Shown: one piece after another, positions 8,651-16,769 of the stretch
How positions within the stretch are numbered: position 1 is the first letter of the stretch
How the letters are laid out: every line of letters begins with the position of its first letter
Virus record (IMG/VR): IMGVR_UViG_3300037485_000225
Coordinates: 1-64,000 of that record
Strand: one strand, 5' to 3'
DNA from: a virus
DNA length: 64,000 nt
The notes under the pieces: model-generated
Seen by the model: only the letters and a program-made list of their open reading frames with translations
Database searches by the model: none
What the model was told of the DNA's origin: nothing
Translations under genes and position numbers: made by a program

Positions 8651-9909
8651 CTGAAAATCTAGATAGTCAACCCTTTGGGAACTTCAGTATCCAGGATACC
8701 ATGGAAATGGGTATGGGTAATGCTGAATTACTAAATGACTTAATGGGCCCTGATAGTGCTACTTCTAATCCTGATGATATTCAAGATATAGATAATGCAC
8801 CTGCCCCTGAAAAGAAAACAACACAAGCACCTGCTAAACCAGCTGCTTCAACTACTAGCACAGAAGAAACTCCTCCTATTGATGAAAAGAAATCTCTTGA
8901 AGACTTCTTGATGGATGATGATAAAGAAGAGGGAGAAGAGGTTGATGATCAACCACTTAAGAAAACTTCTGGAACAAAAGAGACCCCTGCTACAACAGAA
9001 GAGGGTGAAGAAGAAGGAGAAGCTGAAACAAATCAGTTTACTGCTCTTTCTAAAGATCTTTTTAAACTAGGAGTCTTTTCTAAAGAAGAAGAAGAAGAAG
9101 ATGTTCCAATAAACAATGCTGAAGAATTTTTAGAAAGATTCAATGCAGAGAAAAAGAAAGGGGCTGTTGAAGTGGTAAATAACTTCATTGGTCAATTTGG
9201 AGAAGAATATCAACAAGCATTTGATGCCATATTTGTAAAGGGAGTTAATCCTAAAGATTACTTTGGTGCATTTAACCAAATACAATCTTTCGCTGATATG
9301 GATCTTGCACAGGAAACTAATCAAGTGGCAGTTATTACACAAGCATTAACTGACCAAGGCCTTGATCCTGAGGATGTTACAACAGAGGTAGAAAGACTAA
9401 AGAATTATGGTGATCTTGAAAGCGTTGCTGGAAAACATCATAAGGTGCTAATAAAGAAAGAAGCTGCAAAGCTTCAACAAATGGAACAACAAAGAGAGGT
9501 TCAACTACAACAACAAGCTCAATACAAGCAACAATATGCTGCAAATGTAAACCAAGTTTTACAGGACAAGCTAAAAGCTAAAGAGTTTGATGGTATCCCT
9601 CTTAATCCAAAACTAGCTGGTGAACTACAAGATTTCTTAATAACAGATAAGTATAAAACAAATTCTGGTGAGACTCTCACAGACTTTGATAAAACTATCT
9701 TAGAACTTAAGCGTCCTGAGAATCATGAAAGGAAAGTAAAGGTGGCTCTATTATTAAAAATACTAGAAAAAGATCCTACATTATCTACGATTCAAAAGAC
9801 TGGTTTAACCAAAAAGTCAAATGAATTGTTTGGTGAGGTGGCCAGACAGGCAAGCAAAAGTGCTGTGAAATCTAGTAAACCTGCTCCATCCACTTCATGG
9901 TTTCAATAA
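8647..9909 (+). CDS. acidic scaffolding-like protein
   Basis: Highly acidic (EEEEEE, DDDKEEGEE) with an N-terminal disordered region and a Q-rich coiled coil. Located between the portal/SPFH genes and the capsid candidate. Confidence 0.45.
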   Translation: MAENLDSQPFGNFSIQDTMEMGMGNAELLNDLMGPDSATSNPDDIQDIDNAPAPEKKTTQAPAKPAASTTSTEETPPIDEKKSLEDFLMDDDKEEGEEVDDQPLKKTSGTKETPATTEEGEEEGEAETNQFTALSKDLFKLGVFSKEEEEEDVPINNAEEFLERFNAEKKKGAVEVVNNFIGQFGEEYQQAFDAIFVKGVNPKDYFGAFNQIQSFADMDLAQETNQVAVITQALTDQGLDPEDVTTEVERLKNYGDLESVAGKHHKVLIKKEAAKLQQMEQQREVQLQQQAQYKQQYAANVNQVLQDKLKAKEFDGIPLNPKLAGELQDFLITDKYKTNSGETLTDFDKTILELKRPENHERKVKVALLLKILEKDPTLSTIQKTGLTKKSNELFGEVARQASKSAVKSSKPAPSTSWFQ

Positions 9910-9940
9910 TTTATAAATAAACATTTAAAAAAATAACAAA

Positions 9941-11494
9941 ATGGCAATTCAAACAATTCCAGGTTTAACTGGTTTTACCTATGCTAGAGTCGCTTCTATG
10001 GATAAGCGTGCTGTAGGTAAATTAACAGATGCTAACCACTTGGAAAGCTTTCACTCTACAGAGCCAGCAGATTATGATAAAAAGATCATAAGCCTGTATA
10101 CCCAAAGCTCTCTTTACAGTAATGATTTCTTAGACATGATTAACAAGTCTACTCCTTACTATATCGATAATAACAGTGATGCTTGGAAGTGGCAGGTACA
10201 AGTTCCTTACAAATTTCCTAAAATCATTGACATCCCTGTAACAACTTTAGAGTTGGACAAACCAGGTATTGATGGTCAAGAGTTTCAATTGATTATTGAC
10301 ACAAACGAATTCTCTAAGAATGCAATCGTTTCTGTTGGTACTCGTCAATATGGACCTCGTTTCTACGTTGTGAAAGATCCTCAACCTTGGAACATGGGAT
10401 ATTTATACACATTTACATTAGTAACTGATAATCCAGTTGTAGACTTTGTAAGCCCTACCTTCTTAAGAATAGGTATTGAGCTTGAATTAGTTGATGCTGC
10501 TATTGGTGAATTTGACCAAGACTTATTAGGTCTTCCTCGTTTAGGTGAGCAAATTACAATGTTTGAATCTTTAGGTTCTGCATATGGTTATGAGCACAAG
10601 ATCACTGAGTGGGCTGATGATAAGATGATGAGAGATGCTTCTGGTAAGCCTTTAGATATTTTGGTTTATGCTCCTCAAAGACGTAACCAATTACCTTTAA
10701 CTCGTAATGATGTTAAATGGGAACCATTTATTGAGTTCTGGATGCGTAAGTCTATGTTAGAATTAAAAGTTAAGCGTATGATCTGGGCTAAACCAGGTAC
10801 CGTTAAAACTAATGGTTCTAAGCAAGAATTAAAAAGAACTTCTGCTGGTGTTTACCACAGAATGAGAAATAACGGTAACTTAGTTCAATACAACCGTGGA
10901 GAATTCACTGCAAACTTGATTCGTTCTGTGTTTGGTGATTTGTTCTACAGACGTGTGGATGTTAAGGATCGTAGAGTTAAAATGTACACTAATGAAGCTG
11001 GATTCGATGTATTCCAACAAGCTTTGAAGAATGACGCTTTAAATTCTGGTTTAACTTTCATGGCTGATTCTGGTAATCGTTACATGCAAGGAGAAGGACA
11101 ACATATCACTTACAACTTTGCATTTGATGCAATGGTTACTCGTGAGACTGGTCGTGTTGAACTTATTCACTTGAAAGAATTAGACTTACCTCAAACTAAC
11201 TTAGAATTTGGACAAAACAAGAAATCAACTCCAGTATTTATGGTGTTTGATGTATCTCCAATGTCTGATGGTTCTATGGTTAACAACATTCGTGAGGTTC
11301 GTATGAAAGGTGCTCCTTCTATGACTTGGGGTTATATCGATGGTACTCGTAGTCACTTAGGCTTTGCTAAGTCTCAAGGTATGAGTTCTGCGAACAAATT
11401 CCCTGGTTATGAGATCTGGATGAAAGATCGTTGTGATGTGTTTATTGAAGATTTGTCTCGTACAGTCTTGATTGAGGAAATACCACAATTCTAA
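9941..11494 (+). CDS. major capsid protein candidate (517 aa)
   Basis: Canonical position after the scaffold gene. A-rich leader. Followed by a cluster of stem-loops. No motif-level proof. Confidence 0.45.
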   Translation: MAIQTIPGLTGFTYARVASMDKRAVGKLTDANHLESFHSTEPADYDKKIISLYTQSSLYSNDFLDMINKSTPYYIDNNSDAWKWQVQVPYKFPKIIDIPVTTLELDKPGIDGQEFQLIIDTNEFSKNAIVSVGTRQYGPRFYVVKDPQPWNMGYLYTFTLVTDNPVVDFVSPTFLRIGIELELVDAAIGEFDQDLLGLPRLGEQITMFESLGSAYGYEHKITEWADDKMMRDASGKPLDILVYAPQRRNQLPLTRNDVKWEPFIEFWMRKSMLELKVKRMIWAKPGTVKTNGSKQELKRTSAGVYHRMRNNGNLVQYNRGEFTANLIRSVFGDLFYRRVDVKDRRVKMYTNEAGFDVFQQALKNDALNSGLTFMADSGNRYMQGEGQHITYNFAFDAMVTRETGRVELIHLKELDLPQTNLEFGQNKKSTPVFMVFDVSPMSDGSMVNNIREVRMKGAPSMTWGYIDGTRSHLGFAKSQGMSSANKFPGYEIWMKDRCDVFIEDLSRTVLIEEIPQF

Positions 11495-11510
11495 GAAATA
11501 TAGAACAAAG

Positions 11511-11638
11511 GTTAGAACTAATGTTCTAAACAGTTCGAGAAGAATTCCCCCCCACTCCTCAAAAGTGGGGGAGTCTTCTCACCAACCCCAGATGGATGAA
11601 TGAAATTAAAACTTTCATTGCATTCCTTTCAATAGGAA
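11511..11638 (+). terminator. cluster of four consecutive stem-loops downstream of the capsid candidate
   Basis: TTAGAAC-taat-GTTCTAA (11512-11529). CCCCCACT-cctcaaa-AGTGGGGG (11549-11571). AATGAAA-ttaaaac-TTTCATT (11599-11619). TTCCT-ttcaat-AGGAA (11623-11638). None has a strong U-tract. Confidence 0.4.
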
Positions 11639-11650
11639 CCATCTGCAAAT

Positions 11651-11677
11651 AAACCAAATAAAAACAACTACATATGG
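11651..11677 (+). promoter_or_regulatory. conserved upstream element AAACCAAATAAAAACAACTACATATGG (copy 2)
   Basis: Matches copy 1 at 8623-8650 in 25 of 27 positions. A partial third copy AAACCAAATATAAAATG lies at 21356-21372 upstream of 21370. Confidence 0.45.
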
Positions 11678-12642
11678 GTAAGATAGGCAAAATCTCCACT
11701 TTAAAAAAGGAGTACAATAACTCTCTATTGCAAACAATGCAAGGAGGGCTTGCAACAAAAGGCTTAACAAGAATTCCTGGTACAGGTGTATTTAAGTATC
11801 CTTATAAAGAACTTGATGGTCAGTACAGAACAGGATTAGATCCTAATGCTGCGTACATCAGAAGAATTGGTGATAAGTTAGAAAGAGATTTAGAAATCGA
11901 AAGAGTAACTGAATTGAAAGCTAAACTTGAAGCTGCTTTAGGTGATATTAACTTAGGTCCTCGTTCTAGTTTCTGGAACTATGGATTATCAACTTCTACA
12001 GATGATACATTACATGTACAAGCTGTTAAATTGATGGATGGTGATAACTTCTATGATTTTAGTAATCCTTCACAAGAGTTAGCTTTTGCATGGTTAAGAG
12101 TTCATCCAACAATCGCATCAAGCTATGGAGCTTGGGAGCGTGGTGAATTTCCAGCAGATACACAATTCTATGTTGCAGATGATGAAATTGAAAGTGCAAT
12201 TATATTCAAGAAGAAACAATTAATCAATAAAGCTATTGCTAAGTTTGATGGTATGTCTCCTGAGAAGAAAAGAAAAGTTGCAAGATTATTAGGCCTACCT
12301 ATTTCAGAAGATACTAAAGAAGATGTTGTATATAATCAAGTAGATAATATTCTTAAGCAAACAGAGTTTAAGAATGGTAAATTCCAAGGATTATCAACAG
12401 TTGAAGTGTTCAATAGATTTGCTGACATGAAGGAAAACTTACTCCATATTAAAGACTTAGTAAAACAAGCCATTACACATTCTATTTATAGAATCAAACC
12501 TAATGGTAAAATATATGAAGGTGAATTTGAAATAGCTTCTGATGAAGATGATTTAGTCAAATTCCTTGTAGACGAAGATAATCAAGACCAACTATTAACA
12601 TTAGAAGGTAAATTGAAAACTAAAAAATTAGCATCTGTATGA
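11674..12642 (+). CDS. hypothetical virion structural protein (322 aa)
   Basis: ORF in the head-tail morphogenesis block, preceded by the conserved upstream element. Confidence 0.5.
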   Translation: MGKIGKISTLKKEYNNSLLQTMQGGLATKGLTRIPGTGVFKYPYKELDGQYRTGLDPNAAYIRRIGDKLERDLEIERVTELKAKLEAALGDINLGPRSSFWNYGLSTSTDDTLHVQAVKLMDGDNFYDFSNPSQELAFAWLRVHPTIASSYGAWERGEFPADTQFYVADDEIESAIIFKKKQLINKAIAKFDGMSPEKKRKVARLLGLPISEDTKEDVVYNQVDNILKQTEFKNGKFQGLSTVEVFNRFADMKENLLHIKDLVKQAITHSIYRIKPNGKIYEGEFEIASDEDDLVKFLVDEDNQDQLLTLEGKLKTKKLASV

Positions 12643-13370
12643 TCCCAGTAGATAGTTTATTATATAAGATTGATCAGAAACTAAATAAACTATCAACTAA
12701 CGAGCATCAACAAATTAACCTAGAAGACAAAATCCTAGCTTTAAATGAAGCTCAGATTAAGCTTATAAAGCAAAAGGTTGATGGTACAAATACAGTGAAT
12801 GGTCTAGGTCTCGATGCTTTTAAAAAGCGTTATGAAGACTTACAAAGTTTGGTTGAGACTTACAATCATCAACCCCTTGATTTACATATTAAGAACACTG
12901 AGTTAAATCAGTGGGCAGCCAATGTACATCTACTTGTTCCAAAATATATGTTCTATATCGATAGTTATATATTAGCAGATAAAGGACAATGTACAGATAG
13001 AAAGATATGGATTAATAGAGATCTTGCAAAACATGGTGATTTACAATACTGTTTAAACAACACGCATTATAAACCATCATTTGAATATCAAGAAACCTTC
13101 AACTTTCTATCAACAGATGAAATATCTATATTTACAGACGGTACATTTACACCTAAGCAAATATATATTTCATACATGCGTTATCCTGAATACATAAATA
13201 AAACAGGATATGTAATGTTAGATGGTGAAGATTCTTATGATCAAGACTGTGAACTTGAACTATACCTAGAAGATGAACTTTTAGATCTTACAGTTCAAAA
13301 TCTAGCAATGTATACAGAAAACCAGTCTGCTGTTCAAAACTCAATGTATAGAATACAGACAAACGAATAA
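12639..13370 (+). CDS. hypothetical structural protein (243 aa)
   Basis: ATGA overlap with the upstream gene, implying translational coupling. Confidence 0.5.
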   Translation: MIPVDSLLYKIDQKLNKLSTNEHQQINLEDKILALNEAQIKLIKQKVDGTNTVNGLGLDAFKKRYEDLQSLVETYNHQPLDLHIKNTELNQWAANVHLLVPKYMFYIDSYILADKGQCTDRKIWINRDLAKHGDLQYCLNNTHYKPSFEYQETFNFLSTDEISIFTDGTFTPKQIYISYMRYPEYINKTGYVMLDGEDSYDQDCELELYLEDELLDLTVQNLAMYTENQSAVQNSMYRIQTNE

Positions 13371-13397
13371 CTTTTTTACAATTTAAAATAAAACAAA

Positions 13398-14555
13398 ATG
13401 GCAGATTTTTCTCTAACCACGCTCTTTGTTGTCCCAGTAGGTAACACAATCCCTAGCTCTGGATCAACACAAGACTTAACAGCTGGCCAAGTAGGTATCT
13501 ACTTGAACACTTACGCTGCAGCTACTGCAGGTAACGTTGCTGCTGCTCCCTACATTTATGTAGCTCAAGGACGAGTTAACACTTATTTACAAGGTACTAA
13601 ACGCTCAGACAAGATTTCTGGTAAGTTAAGTGCTGGACCAACCAATGTTACTGAATGGTACAAAGTTACTGGTAATCCAGTTGCTGCAAACCAAGTAACT
13701 GAAGTTGGTGATTTCACTGTTAAACCAGGCGAAGTTGTAACTTTGACTTTACGTGCTTTCTCTAGTTACATTAGCACATTGTATTTTAACGGTTTCACAC
13801 GTTCAGTAACTGTGAATGCTCCATGTTTAGCATGTGGTGATAACCCTTGTACAGATGTTGATGTTCCTGCTTTAATTGATGATTTAATCTATCATTTAGA
13901 GTTAAGAGCTCCAGGTAACAACCCTGACAACATTAGCTTTAACACATTCTATCAATTCCAAAGAATTGGTGATGATCAAAATGCTAAGTTAGTTATTAGT
14001 GGTAAACCTTTAACTCAATACGGACAACCGTGTGATGTGGCTGCATTCCCTTGGGAGTACGACCGTATGTGGTTCAGAACCTTCATTTTCTCTGGTCCTG
14101 CAACTACTGCTGACTTTATTGTAACTGATCCTTGTAATCAAGTGGCTCAAGCTGTGATTACACAACGTGCTACATATGTTTCTGGTACTTCTGGTGAGAT
14201 TCAACAATTAGAAAAGAATTTCTATAGTTATCAAGCTGGATATTTGAAGCATTTATATAGAATGGTTGGTTATAACGAAAACTTTGAAAGCTGGGTAACA
14301 GATGGTACAACCTATGATACTTTGTATGTTAAGTTTAACACTTATGACAAATCAGACTACCAATGGGGTGATTACATTCATGAAGATTCTACAGTTATCA
14401 TTGCTATCCCTTCTGGAGATACTCAAGATTTCTTAAACATCTTAACTCCAGCATTAGGTGCTCCAGTTGATGACAGTGGTCCAATTACTTCTACAACTAG
14501 TACTACAACTACTATTTGGCCTAGTACTTCTACAACAACTACTTTGATTCCATAA
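13398..14555 (+). CDS. structural protein with C-terminal poly-Thr tail, followed by a strong terminator
   Basis: 385-aa ORF. C-terminus ITSTTSTTTTIWPSTSTTTTLIP. AAAATAAAACAAAATGGCA leader. Canonical rho-independent terminator directly downstream implies high expression; could be a major tail or decoration protein. Confidence 0.5.
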   Translation: MADFSLTTLFVVPVGNTIPSSGSTQDLTAGQVGIYLNTYAAATAGNVAAAPYIYVAQGRVNTYLQGTKRSDKISGKLSAGPTNVTEWYKVTGNPVAANQVTEVGDFTVKPGEVVTLTLRAFSSYISTLYFNGFTRSVTVNAPCLACGDNPCTDVDVPALIDDLIYHLELRAPGNNPDNISFNTFYQFQRIGDDQNAKLVISGKPLTQYGQPCDVAAFPWEYDRMWFRTFIFSGPATTADFIVTDPCNQVAQAVITQRATYVSGTSGEIQQLEKNFYSYQAGYLKHLYRMVGYNENFESWVTDGTTYDTLYVKFNTYDKSDYQWGDYIHEDSTVIIAIPSGDTQDFLNILTPALGAPVDDSGPITSTTSTTTTIWPSTSTTTTLIP

Positions 14556-14582
14556 GAAAATAAGTAGGTATCATATAACCTA

Positions 14583-14632
14583 TGCCAGAGGGTGAGAGGA
14601 TTAATTCTCAAGTCCTCTGGCATTTTTATTTT
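14583..14632 (+). terminator. rho-independent terminator
   Basis: GCCAGAGG (14584-14591) pairs with CCTCTGGC (14614-14621), followed by TTTTTATTTT. Confidence 0.7.
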
Positions 14633-14640
14633 AAATAACC

Positions 14641-15198
14641 ATGACTCTAGATTTTTTAGTAATTAATACATTTGACACCAAAACATTAGGTATAGCAGAT
14701 ACATCAATTTATGATACTGATCCTCCTACTGTAAGTGCTCCAACTATGACTATTACTATTCCTGGTTTTAGTCCATCTGTATCTATTCCATTTAATGTGA
14801 ATAGTTTTAATGTATATAATTCTGTTATATTAGGACTTAGTTCTTTTCCTGTATACACTCCTTTACCAGATGGTGTATATTATTTAAAATATTCAGTTGC
14901 TCCTGCTACTACAAATTTTGTAGAGAAAAGTATTATGCGTACTGAACTTATACAAGAAAAGTTTGATGATGCTTTTATGAGACTTGATATGATGGAATGT
15001 GATCTTGCTATCAAGACGCAATCAAAAGTGACATTGAATACTATTTACTATTTGATCCAAGGGTCAATAGCTGCTGCTAATAACTGTGCTGTAGATACAG
15101 CTAATAAGTTATACATACAAGCAGATAATATGTTGAATAATTTTATAAGAAATAATTGTGGATGTTCTGGTAATAATTATCAAATTAATTTCGTTTAA
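14641..15198 (+). CDS. hypothetical protein (185 aa)
   Basis: ORF; Cys cluster at the C-terminus (NNCGCSGNN). Confidence 0.45.
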   Translation: MTLDFLVINTFDTKTLGIADTSIYDTDPPTVSAPTMTITIPGFSPSVSIPFNVNSFNVYNSVILGLSSFPVYTPLPDGVYYLKYSVAPATTNFVEKSIMRTELIQEKFDDAFMRLDMMECDLAIKTQSKVTLNTIYYLIQGSIAAANNCAVDTANKLYIQADNMLNNFIRNNCGCSGNNYQINFV

Positions 15199-15254
15199 TA
15201 TGGCAAACTGTAGAGGATGTGGCCTAAAAGTAGGCTGTGGATGTCAATTAATTA

Positions 15255-15578
15255 ATGGCTTATGTTCAGCATGTAATAATGCTGCTAAAAAAGCTGCTCA
15301 AAGAATTAGAAATGTTATCTCCAAGATTAACTGATTGTGTAGCTGATGGTAGCATACCAGCACTACTATTTGATATTGATCAAAAGCTAGCAGACCTAGC
15401 TAATATTCAATATAATAATATTGTATTTTCATTAAATTACTATATCTCTGGAGAAGTGATTGGTGATTTATTACACTATAAACAAATATTAACATATAAA
15501 CTTTGTAACCCAGCATATGGTCAACCTTTTACGGTGAAGATGATTGCTAGCAGAGTTAAAGTTTTAATACATAAATAA
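15255..15578 (+). CDS. hypothetical protein; true start may be the ATG at 15312
   Basis: ORF whose first 80 nt overlap an alternative 44-aa Cys-rich ORF (15200-15334) in another frame. Confidence 0.35.
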   Translation: MAYVQHVIMLLKKLLKELEMLSPRLTDCVADGSIPALLFDIDQKLADLANIQYNNIVFSLNYYISGEVIGDLLHYKQILTYKLCNPAYGQPFTVKMIASRVKVLIHK

Positions 15579-15585
15579 ATATAAA

Positions 15586-16749
15586 ATGTCTTGCGAAAGT
15601 TGTTATAATGGATGTGTTCAGACTGTGTCTGATGAATGTGTTAGATACACAGGGTTAGATGTGCCTGCATTAGGTATTTCTACAGGAGATAGTTTAAAGA
15701 TGGTTGAAGAAGCTATTACTAGTTATCTTGTTCCTTTATTAACAGGAGAAGGAGATAATATCACGCTTACTTCAGGAGATGTATGTGCATTAGTTAGTAG
15801 TTTTCTTTCAGAAGGATTAGTTCATAATTCTAAAGAATGGATCACAGCTCTTTCTAAAACTGCTTGTACTTTACAAGTAGAAGTTCTTGATATACAAGGA
15901 CAAATTAATACTATTGATGCTCCTCTTACAGTGGATTGTTTATCTGGAGTTACATCAACTTCTGGTATTCATGATATTGTACAAGCTATTATTACAAAAC
16001 TTTGTGAAACAGTTGCAGACTTAGAAGCACTAACTCTTGATGTAGAAACTAATTATGTAAAGATTGCTGACTTTGATGCGTTGGTTGCTGCTTATTTAGC
16101 ATCATTACCAGGAGGCTCTACTCAGTATTATCTAAACATGATTCCTTATACAGCTGTAGAATATTATGGTGATATAGATGTTAACTTTGATGGTACAGGT
16201 GCTGGTATATCTGCTAATGGATTTTATAAAATCTATTTATGTAATGGATTAAATGGTACACCTGATAAGAGGGGTAGAGTGGGTGTAGGTGCTATTGCTG
16301 GTGTTCCTGGAGCTCCTTTAGATGCTATAGTTAATCCAACAGCAAGTACGTTTAATCCTGACTATGCTGTATATGATGTAGCTGGTACAAACTCAGTTAC
16401 ATTAATCACTTCACAAATCCCTGCTCACTCACACAGTGCAACAGGAACAACCATTGTTACATTAGGTGATCATTTTCATTATACAGCAGCAGCTAGTGGA
16501 GATATTGATGCTGTTGTTGATGCAACACATGCTGTTGTAAGAGAGATTGCTCTTAGTGGAAATAGTAGTTATAGACTTTCTAATAGTAGTGTTCCTGCAA
16601 GTGTTGGTAAATCTAGTTTAGATAAAAGTAGTGTAACATCTAATATTCCTAATAATGTAAATGTATTAGTAAATAATGCAGGTGGTGGTGGTGCTCACAG
16701 TAATTTACAACCTGTATTAGCTTGTAACTACATAATGTATATTCCTTAA
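15586..16749 (+). CDS. tail fibre protein with phage tail-collar domain and fibre-family N-terminal anchor
   Basis: The C-terminal half carries LNGTPDKRGRVGVG ... TLITSQIPAHSHSA ... NLQPVLACNYIMYIP. These match the tail-collar domain (T4 gp12-type) motifs LPDLRGRF.LG ... MPSHTH ... NMPPYLALNYII. The N-terminus (C..C..Y.G.D...L...D.L) is shared with the collagen-like fibres at 16770 and 58064. Confidence 0.7.
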   Translation: MSCESCYNGCVQTVSDECVRYTGLDVPALGISTGDSLKMVEEAITSYLVPLLTGEGDNITLTSGDVCALVSSFLSEGLVHNSKEWITALSKTACTLQVEVLDIQGQINTIDAPLTVDCLSGVTSTSGIHDIVQAIITKLCETVADLEALTLDVETNYVKIADFDALVAAYLASLPGGSTQYYLNMIPYTAVEYYGDIDVNFDGTGAGISANGFYKIYLCNGLNGTPDKRGRVGVGAIAGVPGAPLDAIVNPTASTFNPDYAVYDVAGTNSVTLITSQIPAHSHSATGTTIVTLGDHFHYTAAASGDIDAVVDATHAVVREIALSGNSSYRLSNSSVPASVGKSSLDKSSVTSNIPNNVNVLVNNAGGGGAHSNLQPVLACNYIMYIP

Positions 16750-16769
16750 TAATTATAAATCAATTATAA

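Noticed and set aside
11497-11673. tRNA gene in the spacer after the capsid candidate, because of GTTCGAG at 11533-11539
   Set aside because: No acceptor stem, D arm or anticodon-arm cloverleaf could be assembled around it. The hairpins present are simple independent stem-loops.
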